DNA of 64,000 nucleotides from NCBI GenBank assembly GCA_963662315.1, contig OY759353.1, forward strand, positions 3,872,001-3,936,000, in the 5' to 3' direction. The notes below the pieces were generated by a model. It worked only from the letters and a program-made list of their open reading frames with translations. It did no database searches and had not been told where the DNA came from. Shown here piece after piece: positions 20,882-30,009 of this stretch. Source of the DNA: Geopsychrobacteraceae bacterium. Lineage in GTDB: Bacteria; Desulfobacterota; Desulfuromonadia; Desulfuromonadales; Geopsychrobacteraceae. The number at the start of each line of letters is the position of its first letter. The first letter of the stretch is position 1. Both the position numbers and the translations under genes were made by a program.

Positions 20882-22587
20882 AAAACCTCACTACGGGGAA
20901 GAACCAGTCTGGCGCGGGTGCCGAGGCCGGGTTCAGAGTTAAATTCCAGGCGACCGTCATGTTCTTCGGCGATGGTCGATGAGATTGACAGGCCAAGACC
21001 AGTCCCCCCACTTTCGCGGCGGGTCGTGAAGAACGGGTCACTGAGCTGGGAAAGGTATTCCGGCTTGATTCCACAGCCGTGGTCCTCGACCTCGAGCCAG
21101 ACCTCGGTGGCTGAACGGCCGCTGCGCAGGATCAGCGCCTGAGAGGTATTTTCCAGTGCCTGGCAGGCGTTGATGAGCAGGTTGATGACGATCTGTTCCA
21201 AGCGTTGCTGATTGCCGCGGATCAGTGGCAACTCATCGCTCAGTTCCAGGGTAAAATGGGCGGTCGCTTTTGCGATCGGGTTGGCCAGCAGCTGCGTGGC
21301 GTTTTCAGCAACACTATTAAGGCTTACTGCCGTCATCGGTGGGGTGTCGTTGCGCTGCGAAAAGTTTCTCAGGTTCTCGACAATGTGTTTGATGCGGCTC
21401 GAGCTGTCGTACATTTCCCTCAGCATGTCGGGAATATCATCGCGCATCTGTGAATAGGGGATACGGCCGACGCTGAAATCTCCCTGCCGCTGATAATGCT
21501 TTTCCAGTAGCGGGGCAATATCGCTCCAGGCGCGTTGCAGCTGCGGCAGGTTGAGCAGCACCAGGGCATTAGGGTTGTTGATTTCATGGGCAACCCCGGA
21601 AACGAGGACCCCTAAGGAGGTCATTTTATCGGCCTGAATCAGCTGTTGCTGATGCTTTTTTAATTGCTCCATGGCGCGCTCACGCTCAGCCACCTCGAGT
21701 TTCAGGTCGGCCGTTCGCATGCGGACCTGGCGTTTGAGGGTCCAGGTCCAGAGCAGAATCAGGCTCAGAATAAAGGTAAAACTGCCCAGTAGCCCAGCGC
21801 CGATTTTCATGACCCTTTTCATGGCCATGCCGGTTTCCGTGGGGAGCAGGCCGATCCATTTGTTGTAGATCTGCTTGTAGCTGCCAGCCAATTTGGCCAG
21901 GGCCAGTCCTTCGGTGACCAACGCCAGCATCTGTGTGTTCCCCTTTTTAACCATAAAGCCGTATTCCAGGGTCAACAGAGGCTTGCCGGCAATTTTGACA
22001 TTGGTGACCTGCAGGCGGCCGATCAGATATTCACCGGACAGGGTCGCGCCGAGTACGGCTTCATACTGGCCGATAGCCAGCAGGCGCAATGCGTCTTCTA
22101 GAGATGCGACAGGTATCGCGTTGATGTCTAACTCCGGGTGCTGGCTCAGGTATTCCTGCATGGCACCATGGCGGACAACGACAACCTGTTTGCCGGCGAG
22201 TTCCTCAAGGCGGGATATGGTTGCGTCTTTGCGGGTCCAGAGTGACTCATAAAGCTGGGCGTGGGGCGGAGCAAAGTCACATTCGTTTTCCCACGTTTTA
22301 TTGTAGGGGCCGGCCAGAATGTCGATCTGGCCGGTAGCGAGCATGTGGCGCAGCTTCTGCCAGGGTGCGTGCAGGTAGATGACATCAACCCCCATGGCGG
22401 AACCGATCGCCTGGGCCAGGTCGATGTTCAGCCCTTTGGCCTGACCGTCAAAATCAATAAATTCATAGGGGGGAAGGTCGGGATCAAAGCCGATTACAAT
22501 CGGGCGTTGCGGCAACGGATCCGCTGTCGCTGAATAAAAAGGGAACAGGATGAAAAATAATAAAAGAAGGTATCTCAGTCTGACCAT
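20878..22587 (-). CDS. Sensor histidine kinase with a periplasmic binding-protein (PBP2/SBP_bac_3) sensor domain
   Basis: DLPPYEF...GLNIDL periplasmic domain, TM segment, GVAHEINNP, NLLINACQA, PFFTT, GTGLGL. Confidence 0.93.
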   Translation of the reverse strand: MVRLRYLLLLFFILFPFYSATADPLPQRPIVIGFDPDLPPYEFIDFDGQAKGLNIDLAQAIGSAMGVDVIYLHAPWQKLRHMLATGQIDILAGPYNKTWENECDFAPPHAQLYESLWTRKDATISRLEELAGKQVVVVRHGAMQEYLSQHPELDINAIPVASLEDALRLLAIGQYEAVLGATLSGEYLIGRLQVTNVKIAGKPLLTLEYGFMVKKGNTQMLALVTEGLALAKLAGSYKQIYNKWIGLLPTETGMAMKRVMKIGAGLLGSFTFILSLILLWTWTLKRQVRMRTADLKLEVAERERAMEQLKKHQQQLIQADKMTSLGVLVSGVAHEINNPNALVLLNLPQLQRAWSDIAPLLEKHYQRQGDFSVGRIPYSQMRDDIPDMLREMYDSSSRIKHIVENLRNFSQRNDTPPMTAVSLNSVAENATQLLANPIAKATAHFTLELSDELPLIRGNQQRLEQIVINLLINACQALENTSQALILRSGRSATEVWLEVEDHGCGIKPEYLSQLSDPFFTTRRESGGTGLGLSISSTIAEEHDGRLEFNSEPGLGTRARLVLPRSEVL

Positions 22588-22670
22588 GGTTATTCATTAT
22601 CCAAAAGCATTAAAGTATGTCAATGGTATTGAGCTCCTTCTCTGCTGATATCCCATTGCTTGCCGGGTGT

Positions 22671-22703
22671 GCGCCCCTGCTGCTGAAATGGCAGCAGGGG
22701 CGC
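22671..22703 (-). terminator. GC-rich hairpin after the glutamate dehydrogenase gene
   Basis: GCGCCCCTGCTGCT-GAAAT-GGCAGCAGGGGCGC; no clear U-tract. Confidence 0.6.
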
Positions 22704-22707
22704 TGTA

Positions 22708-25700
22708 TCAGGCCGCCTGATGATAACGGCGGCTGAGATGCCCTTTGAGCAGGAAGATGAAATCATTCTCCTTGTTGCCGTGGTAGACCATTGAGGTTGC
22801 CAGTTCTACGGCTAAAATGGCATAGCGATATTTGGCCGGCAGCTGATCTATCCGACTGTGATAACAGCTGTTGTTCTGCAGAAACTGTGGCAAATGGGTC
22901 AGGATTGCCTGCTTGAACAAAGATTCTTCACTGGTCTGCGGGTTATTGCAGAAATAGCTGAACAGCTGTTGGTAAAGATCATTGATTTCATGACTGATAT
23001 CCTCCGAAATCTGGGTGAACAGGGTGCGCCCTTCGGCTTCCTGGTGGCGCCTGAAAATTAGCCGTACTTCGTCACGGGCGCGCTGTTGCAGGATGGTCAG
23101 GACATCGCGCACATAGTCCTGCTTGTGGGTGATAAATTCCTCCTGGCTCATAACCAGATTGGCGATGATTTCATAAGAGGAGGAGATAACGCCACACTTG
23201 TTGGCTGATGAATCGCGTAGCAGGATAATCCCTTTATTCTGTAATTCGTTGCGTGCTGCCGGAGTGATAAATGAGTTGGCGCCCTCAACAATGGCGCGGG
23301 CCGATGGAGTGCCATCAGAGCTGAAAAACTTTTGCCAGTTGTCCATATCGATGGTTTCAGGTCTGCCGCCACCGGGAATGAACAGATCGGCCTGAACTGA
23401 AAAGGGAAGGCTGTTGAACTGGCTGTAAAACTCATCAACAGAAAGCCATTCTTCGTGGAGCTCGCCGTTATCGCAGCTGACTTTGCGATACAGTTCCCTG
23501 AGCCCGTCTTTACGGCGCTGATTCCGGTAGAGGATAAAATCACCACCGGCCAGGCAGGCTGGATCAAACTGGTCAATATCGTGTTTGAGCAGCAGTCGGG
23601 ACAGTTCCTGGGGTTGCGCTCCCTGCGGGGCGAACAGGGCACCACTGCCATCGAGGATCAATTTAATGGCAACCTGCGGACACTTGTCGAGCAGCAGTTT
23701 CATGGCATTACCAGCCACATCCCCGGCCGGTCCACCGGTAAACTTGACGCTGAATGGTGTCTGGTGACAAGCGATCCCGAGCTGTTCAAGAGTCACTTCG
23801 GCGAAGGTGACAACCCCGGCAGAGGTGACACCGAATTCCTTGTGATTGATGCCGACCTGTTTCCCGGAGATCAGTCCGATCCCCAGTACGTAACCACGCC
23901 GCTGTGATTCTTTGGCGATGGTCTCGATCATGATATCGTGCATGTTTTCGTCGGGGCCCAGCTCAATCGCTTCCTCTTCCCCATAATAATCGACGACCTG
24001 CGGATCCTTGATGTGCCCATCCTGCCAGACGAAAATATCGAGAAAAGCGCTGATAAAGCTGTACTGCAATTTATACAAACGCTGCTGGACCAGTTGCGGG
24101 TCGCGTGCTGAAAAGGCATTGAGAACCGCAACCATTTTCGAGCCACCTTCAAAAATATCCTTGTTTTTTAAATGCTGTGTGTGAGCCAGGACCGCAGTTT
24201 CTTTGAACATGGTGTTGGCGCAGGTGACGTAATCATCGCGATCATTGGCGATCAGCGTGCGCCAGCCACCACGGGCGATATCTGAATAACCCATGTGGTA
24301 GCCGACCCCATAGCGGCCAAAGAAAAAGGTGATGCGGAAAGGCGTATCGGGCGGCAGGTCTTCCGTGAAGCAGGAGTCCAGATCCTGCAGGTAGGCTGGA
24401 TCAAGACGAAACGCCAACGCCTGTTTGGCTACAACGAAAAAGTTGGTCTTCAGGGTGTGACGAATAAAGCTCAGGCAACAGCGGAAGATCTTGCGCCGGT
24501 AAGAGTCGACCCGCTTGTGACCGGTGTTATAATTCTCAACAGTTTTGACCAACTGGTCCATGAGGTGGTGGTACTGTCTGTTCTGCGCACAAATGGCTGG
24601 ATCAAAGCGTTCGCGAAACAGAGCAATAAACTGCAGACACAGGTCGGGGTGGCTATAGAAGGCCCGTTCGACCCCTTCCAAATCATAGCGGTCACTGCTA
24701 TGGGCCAGGTTGGTGTGGCAGAAGGCGATGAAGGCATTAACCAGGGTAGCGTCTTCGCCACTGAGAATTTTATGGGTGACAAAATCCTGATAGGCCTGAG
24801 AACGGGTCTGGAGCAACTGGGTGTTGTACAGTTCTTTGCGTAAGCGAATGAACTGGTCGCTGGTGTCGCTGCTCAGGTCGACCTCCTGCTTGCGGACGTA
24901 AAAGGTCCCCAGGAAAACCGGATGGATGCCGTTGCTTAAGGTCAGGCAATAGGTGCGTTTGATGCCGATCCCCAGGCGTTTGAAAACTTCCATGATCTGC
25001 AGCAGAAAGTCGCGCTGTGGCGGGTTGCTGACGCCGAACAGGATACGGTTTTCCACGGCACCGTCATGCCCGGCGGCTTCTTCGACGTCAAGATAGATCC
25101 CGCCATTGCTCCTGAGTTGCTCATACAGGTGCAAAATCTGGGCGACCCGTTGTGATGGTGAGTTTTCCACATAGTTGCGGTGATTCAGCCACAGAATGTT
25201 CAGCAGGGAGTCAAACTGATTGAGGTCAAAGTCAGGGTAGTTCTGCTTAACGCTTGTCGCGACCTGCTCTTCGAGAGTCATGGGGATATTAATGGGCTGC
25301 TCAAGCCCGGCGGCGATCTCCTGATGGCTTTTGCGGTCAAACTCAAAGCGTTGGATTTCGAGCATTTGATCGAGTCCGGGAATTTTCCCGTAAGACTGGG
25401 TAATGTGGGCAAAGGAAATGTCTTTTTCCCGCAGGGTGCTTAATGAATCATACAGGGAGCCGGGCTGATTGAGCCGGGCCAGGATCAGTTTGTCCTCGGT
25501 GTCGGCCAGAATGCGTCGCTTATTGCTGGCGAGACTGTCCAGAATCGTTGCCAGGATACTGATGGCCTCCGGTTCCTGGCGCATTGACAAGAAAAAATAG
25601 GGGTGCATCTGCTGTTCCAGCCAGGCCAGGTTGGTTCTGGCTTTGAGCTGATTGTTTTCGATGGCCTGTTCAACCTGGTGCAACATGGTACTTTCACCTG

Positions 25701-25710
25701 CGAGAGTCAT
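22708..25710 (-). CDS. Large NAD-specific glutamate dehydrogenase (about 1000 aa type)
   Basis: DIARGGWR, KNKDIFEGGSK, ELGPDEN, GINHKEFGVTS, TGGPAGDVAGN, IVEGANSF, DSSANKCGVISSSYE. Confidence 0.92.
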   Translation of the reverse strand: MTLAGESTMLHQVEQAIENNQLKARTNLAWLEQQMHPYFFLSMRQEPEAISILATILDSLASNKRRILADTEDKLILARLNQPGSLYDSLSTLREKDISFAHITQSYGKIPGLDQMLEIQRFEFDRKSHQEIAAGLEQPINIPMTLEEQVATSVKQNYPDFDLNQFDSLLNILWLNHRNYVENSPSQRVAQILHLYEQLRSNGGIYLDVEEAAGHDGAVENRILFGVSNPPQRDFLLQIMEVFKRLGIGIKRTYCLTLSNGIHPVFLGTFYVRKQEVDLSSDTSDQFIRLRKELYNTQLLQTRSQAYQDFVTHKILSGEDATLVNAFIAFCHTNLAHSSDRYDLEGVERAFYSHPDLCLQFIALFRERFDPAICAQNRQYHHLMDQLVKTVENYNTGHKRVDSYRRKIFRCCLSFIRHTLKTNFFVVAKQALAFRLDPAYLQDLDSCFTEDLPPDTPFRITFFFGRYGVGYHMGYSDIARGGWRTLIANDRDDYVTCANTMFKETAVLAHTQHLKNKDIFEGGSKMVAVLNAFSARDPQLVQQRLYKLQYSFISAFLDIFVWQDGHIKDPQVVDYYGEEEAIELGPDENMHDIMIETIAKESQRRGYVLGIGLISGKQVGINHKEFGVTSAGVVTFAEVTLEQLGIACHQTPFSVKFTGGPAGDVAGNAMKLLLDKCPQVAIKLILDGSGALFAPQGAQPQELSRLLLKHDIDQFDPACLAGGDFILYRNQRRKDGLRELYRKVSCDNGELHEEWLSVDEFYSQFNSLPFSVQADLFIPGGGRPETIDMDNWQKFFSSDGTPSARAIVEGANSFITPAARNELQNKGIILLRDSSANKCGVISSSYEIIANLVMSQEEFITHKQDYVRDVLTILQQRARDEVRLIFRRHQEAEGRTLFTQISEDISHEINDLYQQLFSYFCNNPQTSEESLFKQAILTHLPQFLQNNSCYHSRIDQLPAKYRYAILAVELATSMVYHGNKENDFIFLLKGHLSRRYHQAA

Positions 25711-25851
25711 GACCTGCTCCTTGTTATTAATCGTCTCTGCTATATTTGTCGGTAAATGTGAAAGATCTGGTACTTAAGTACCGCCATCGGGACGTCCCCG
25801 ATGGCAACTGATTAATCGATATCGGCGTTGCGCTCGTTTTTTCTCTCTTCA

Positions 25852-26832
25852 TCAGAAAATGGAATAGCCGGTTTGGCGGACAAAAGCCTCAAGTGCCGCA
25901 ACGCCCGCCAGGGAATTGCCATTGCAGTCAAGTCCGGGGGACCAGACACAGATGCTCATCTGTCCCGGAACAATAGCGACGATGCCTCCGCCCACGCCAC
26001 TTTTGGCCGGCAGCCCGACGCGATAGGCAAATTCGCCGACGGCGTCATACATACCGCAGGTTAACAATAACGAATTGATTTTCTGGGTCTGCTCAGCGGA
26101 GATAATCCGGTGCCCGGTCGCAGGGTCGACACCGCGGTTGGCCAGGAACAGCGTGCAGCGAGCCAGGTCGCAACAGTTCATGGCAATGGCACATTGATGG
26201 AAATAGGTATCAAGCACCTGCTCAACATCATTGGTGATGTTGCCGTAACTCTTCATGAAGTTGGTCAGGGCTGCGTTACGATGACCATGCTTTTTTTCTG
26301 ATTCGGCAATTTCAAAATCGTATTGTAGTGAGGTGTTACCTGACAGGTTTTTGATAAATTGCAGAATGGAATTTTTGGCGTTGCCGAAATTGGATATCAG
26401 GTAATCGGCAACCACCAGAGCCCCGGCATTGATCAGCGGGTTACGTGGGATGCCATGGTTCTGTTCAAGCTGAATAATGGAATTAAAGGCATTGTTTGAG
26501 GTTTCGCGGCCGACCCGGCTCCAGATTTCTGTCGCATGCTGCTGAAGGGCCAGAATCAGCGTCAACGCTTTAGAAATACTCTGAATTGAAAACAGCATGT
26601 CGGCCTGGCCAACGCGGTATACCTGGCCGTTGATGGTGGTGACGACCATGGCAAAATGATTGGGACTGACGTTGGCCAGGGCTGGAATATAACTGGCGAC
26701 CTTCCCCTTGCCCAGCAGAGGTTTGATCTCTTTGGCAATGTCTTCCAGAATCGTTTGTAGTGAGGCGCCCTGCCCGGACAGATCCGGGCAGGGGAGGAGT
26801 TCTAAACATGTCGCTGCATCACTCATTGTCAT
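25852..26832 (-). CDS. glsA: Glutaminase
   Basis: GKVASYIPAL, FSIQSISK (catalytic SxxK), PRNPLINAGA, GLPAKSGVGGGI. Confidence 0.96.
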   Translation of the reverse strand: MTMSDAATCLELLPCPDLSGQGASLQTILEDIAKEIKPLLGKGKVASYIPALANVSPNHFAMVVTTINGQVYRVGQADMLFSIQSISKALTLILALQQHATEIWSRVGRETSNNAFNSIIQLEQNHGIPRNPLINAGALVVADYLISNFGNAKNSILQFIKNLSGNTSLQYDFEIAESEKKHGHRNAALTNFMKSYGNITNDVEQVLDTYFHQCAIAMNCCDLARCTLFLANRGVDPATGHRIISAEQTQKINSLLLTCGMYDAVGEFAYRVGLPAKSGVGGGIVAIVPGQMSICVWSPGLDCNGNSLAGVAALEAFVRQTGYSIF

Positions 26833-26852
26833 GCGCTCCCAGGTGTCAAGTG

Positions 26853-28343
26853 TCAGCCAAGTTCACTGACCGGTTGTTGAAGAGACTCCAACGCTTCAGA
26901 CGCAACCCGGCTGGAATCCGTTGATTTGCCATCCCAGGCGGCCGGATCAATATCGAGATCGGCAAATTGCTCCGGATGAAAGACCGGATGCTCAATTCCG
27001 GCTTTGAGCTGGGCGCGATAGTCAGCCAGCAGCCTGGTGACAATCGGAAACATCATCATCATCGCCAGCAAATTGACCACGGCCAGAACGCCCATCAACG
27101 GATCGGAAAAGAAGAACACATCGGTCGCCCCAGGAGCTGTGGATCCGACAAACAGTACGGTAATAACAGCGATACGCAGGACCATGACCGCTGCTTTTTT
27201 CTGGGTCAGAAAGGTCAACGCGTTCTCACCCAGATAGTAGTTGTAGATGATAGAACTGAAGGAGAAGAGCAGGATGGCGGCGGTCAGGAAGTATTGCGAC
27301 CAGGCCCCAACCTGAGACACCAGCGACTGCTGGGTCAGCACCACGCCGTCGATCGATTCGGCGCCGGGGACATAAACATCACTGAGTAAAATCAGGAAAG
27401 CGGTACAGCTGCAGATCACAATGGTGTCAATAAAGACCGACAGCGACTGGGTAATCCCCTGGCTGATGGGATGGTTGACTTTGGCTGTTGCGGCAACGTT
27501 TGGTGCTGACCCTAACCCTGCTTCATTGGAAAACAGGCCACGGCGTAGTCCCTGAGTCAAGGCCGCGCCCATACCACCGCTTACCGCTTCCTGAAAACCG
27601 AAAGCATTTTGAACGATGCTGCTGAACACTGCGGGAATTTCAGAAATATTCAGAATGATAATCAGGACGGCCATGCCCAGATAACCGATTGCCATCACCG
27701 GGACGACGACATCGGCGACTTTTGCAATGCGCTGGATGCCACCAAAAACAATGAAGGCGGCAATAATAGCCAACAGTGAACCGGTCCAGATACGTTCGAT
27801 GCCCAGGCTGTCAAGGGCTGCTCCAGCTACGGTATTGCCTTGAAAGGCGTTAAAGCCAAGGGCAAATGCGGCAATCATGCAGACCGCGTAGATAGCGGCA
27901 AACCACTTATAGTCTTTACCTAAACCATGGAGAATGGCGCGCGCCGGGCCACCTCGAAAGGTACCATCACCGTTGGCGCGTTTGAAAACCTGGGCCAGGG
28001 TGCTTTCGACCAGACTAGTCGCCATGCCGACCAGGGCGATCATCCACATCCAGAAGACGGCCCCGGGTCCGCCCAGGGTTATGGCGACCGCAACACCGGC
28101 AATGTTTCCTCCGCCGACCCGGCCGCCAACCGACAGCAGAAGCGCTTCGCGGCCTGAGATTGTTTTGTTGTCCAGGTTCTGATTCTGCCCTTTCAGGACC
28201 TGGAACATACGGATGAAAAATTGGAATTGGACAAAGCGACTGGAAATAGTGAAAAAGAGACCGATAATGACGAGAAAGGGAATCAACGCCCAGCCCCAGG
28301 TCAGATCTCCGATGGTTCCAAATAGTGAATGCAAAAATTCCAT
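26853..28343 (-). CDS. Alanine/glycine:cation symporter (AGCS) family, probable glutamine uptake
   Basis: GGGNIAGVAVAITLGGPGAVFWMW, RGLFSNEAGLGSAP; start MEFLH after a GGAGG RBS. Confidence 0.93.
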   Translation of the reverse strand: MEFLHSLFGTIGDLTWGWALIPFLVIIGLFFTISSRFVQFQFFIRMFQVLKGQNQNLDNKTISGREALLLSVGGRVGGGNIAGVAVAITLGGPGAVFWMWMIALVGMATSLVESTLAQVFKRANGDGTFRGGPARAILHGLGKDYKWFAAIYAVCMIAAFALGFNAFQGNTVAGAALDSLGIERIWTGSLLAIIAAFIVFGGIQRIAKVADVVVPVMAIGYLGMAVLIIILNISEIPAVFSSIVQNAFGFQEAVSGGMGAALTQGLRRGLFSNEAGLGSAPNVAATAKVNHPISQGITQSLSVFIDTIVICSCTAFLILLSDVYVPGAESIDGVVLTQQSLVSQVGAWSQYFLTAAILLFSFSSIIYNYYLGENALTFLTQKKAAVMVLRIAVITVLFVGSTAPGATDVFFFSDPLMGVLAVVNLLAMMMMFPIVTRLLADYRAQLKAGIEHPVFHPEQFADLDIDPAAWDGKSTDSSRVASEALESLQQPVSELG

Positions 28344-28492
28344 GATACCTCCCTGTTGTGTAATCAAGCTGTCTACCAGAGGTTCCTGATGGCAGCTTAT
28401 TAATCCCGGCAACAGCAAAAAGCCCCAAGGCACTCAACGCCTTAATTTTGCTGGTTGGCCGGAGAATGTGGCAACAATTAGAACGTAGGTTT

Positions 28493-28509
28493 AGCAACAC
28501 CGGTGCCAG
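28493..28509 (-). promoter_or_regulatory. Sigma-54 promoter of the symporter-glsA-gdh operon
   Basis: Minus strand reads CTGGCACCGGTGTTGCT, a consensus match. Confidence 0.9.
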
Positions 28510-28585
28510 TTTTAAGGGAATCTGATAACTAGCTGAAATCATAAAATAATGAACTGCTCATTGACGTTCTTGCGGCCGTCTTGAA

Positions 28586-28694
28586 GGGTATGGCAAAAGC
28601 TATGGGTGGTGAGTGCCGATAAGGTTAAAGTGCGGTGAATACAGGAGGTCGCCTGGGTATGGCAAAAACTATGAAGATAGCTTTTGCCATACCC
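28586..28694. promoter_or_regulatory. Three copies of an 18-bp motif, probable enhancer (upstream activating sites)
   Basis: GGGTATGGCAAAAGCTAT (28586), GGGTATGGCAAAAACTAT (28655), and an inverted exact copy of the first at 28677-28694. Confidence 0.8.
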
Positions 28695-28833
28695 TTTTGT
28701 GGGGATGACGGTTTAGGAAATGAGGATTTTTGATCAGAGTTTCCTCGGGGAAGTGATTAGCGCTTTCAGCTAACATTGAAATGTGTTAGTTTTTGTTAAT
28801 GGCGGGGTTATGTGCTTGCTTACGCGAGGGTTT

Positions 28834-30000
28834 ATGACCGGTTCAGATTTTGTACATTTAAGAAAATATGTCACGCCTGAAATCATTTTCGGTAGTGGCT
28901 CCAGGCATTTTGCCGGCCGTTATGCTGCGCAGTTTGCTGCTGGAAAGGTGTTACTGGTTTCTGATAAGCAGGTGGCAGCGACGCCATGGTTTACTGATGT
29001 CTGTACCAGCCTAGACAAGTCAGGTATTTCTTATGTGCCGTTTACAGATATTTCGCCAAATCCTCGCGTTGAACAGGTCCGGGCCGGGGTGGACGTGTAC
29101 CGCCGTGAGCAGTGTGATGTCATTGTTGCCGTTGGCGGAGGCAGTCCCATGGACTGCGCCAAAGCTATCGGAATTGCCAGTTCAAATCAGCAGGATATTC
29201 TTGATTTTGTCGGTGTTGACCGGATCCTTCTGCCTGTTCCTCCGTTTATTTTTATTCCGACTACCGCAGGCTCTTCCGCAGATGTTTCCCAGTTTTGTAT
29301 CATTCTCGACACGGCCGAGGCCCAAAAGGTTGCTATTGTCAGTAAAGCCATCGTTCCGGATGTTGCTTTGATCGACCCCGAGTGTACTCTGTCGGCGGAT
29401 CTGTATCTGACGGCCTGTAGTGGTATTGATGCGTTGACTCATGCGATTGAAGCTTTTGTATCGACCGGTAGCGGTGTGTTGACCGATAGCTCTGCCTTAG
29501 AAGCGATCAAATTGCTTCATGCCAACCTTCCCGGGCTGATGCAGGCTCCTTTGGATATTGAGTTGCGCAGTAAGATCATGCTGGGGAGCATGAAAGCCGG
29601 CCTGGCTTTTTCCAATGCCAGTCTGGGGGCGGTCCACGCCATGGCGCATAGCCTGGGAGGCGCCCTTGATATGGCCCATGGCGAGTGCAATGCCATGCTG
29701 CTTAATCATGTGATCGCGTTTAATTATGACGCGGCACCGGAACGTTTTGTCCGTATCGCAGCAGCTATTGGATTGCCGGTTAAAGGGGAGACCCATGCCG
29801 GTGTGAAAAAATGTTTGCTGCAGGATATTGAGCGGTTTAAACAACGCGCCGGTATTGTGCGTACTTTGCGGGATAAGGGGGTCGGCATGGCTGATCTGCC
29901 TCATCTGTCATATAAAGCCATGTCAGATGCCTGTATGTTAACCAACCCGCGCAGAGCGTCTCAGGCTGATATCAGAACAATTTTTGCCGAAGCGATGTGA
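28834..30000 (+). CDS. Iron-containing alcohol dehydrogenase family protein, ErcA-like
   Basis: LRKYVTPEIIFGSG, GGGSPMDCAK, PTTAGSSADVSQF, DALTHAIE, HAMAHSLGG, HGECNA. Confidence 0.88.
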   Translation: MTGSDFVHLRKYVTPEIIFGSGSRHFAGRYAAQFAAGKVLLVSDKQVAATPWFTDVCTSLDKSGISYVPFTDISPNPRVEQVRAGVDVYRREQCDVIVAVGGGSPMDCAKAIGIASSNQQDILDFVGVDRILLPVPPFIFIPTTAGSSADVSQFCIILDTAEAQKVAIVSKAIVPDVALIDPECTLSADLYLTACSGIDALTHAIEAFVSTGSGVLTDSSALEAIKLLHANLPGLMQAPLDIELRSKIMLGSMKAGLAFSNASLGAVHAMAHSLGGALDMAHGECNAMLLNHVIAFNYDAAPERFVRIAAAIGLPVKGETHAGVKKCLLQDIERFKQRAGIVRTLRDKGVGMADLPHLSYKAMSDACMLTNPRRASQADIRTIFAEAM

Positions 30001-30009
30001 CGATAAAAT

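Noticed and set aside
25769..25805. Palindrome GGTACTTAAGTACC and adjacent hairpin between glsA and gdh
   Set aside because: Single occurrence with no U-tract; probably an mRNA stability element, too weak to call.
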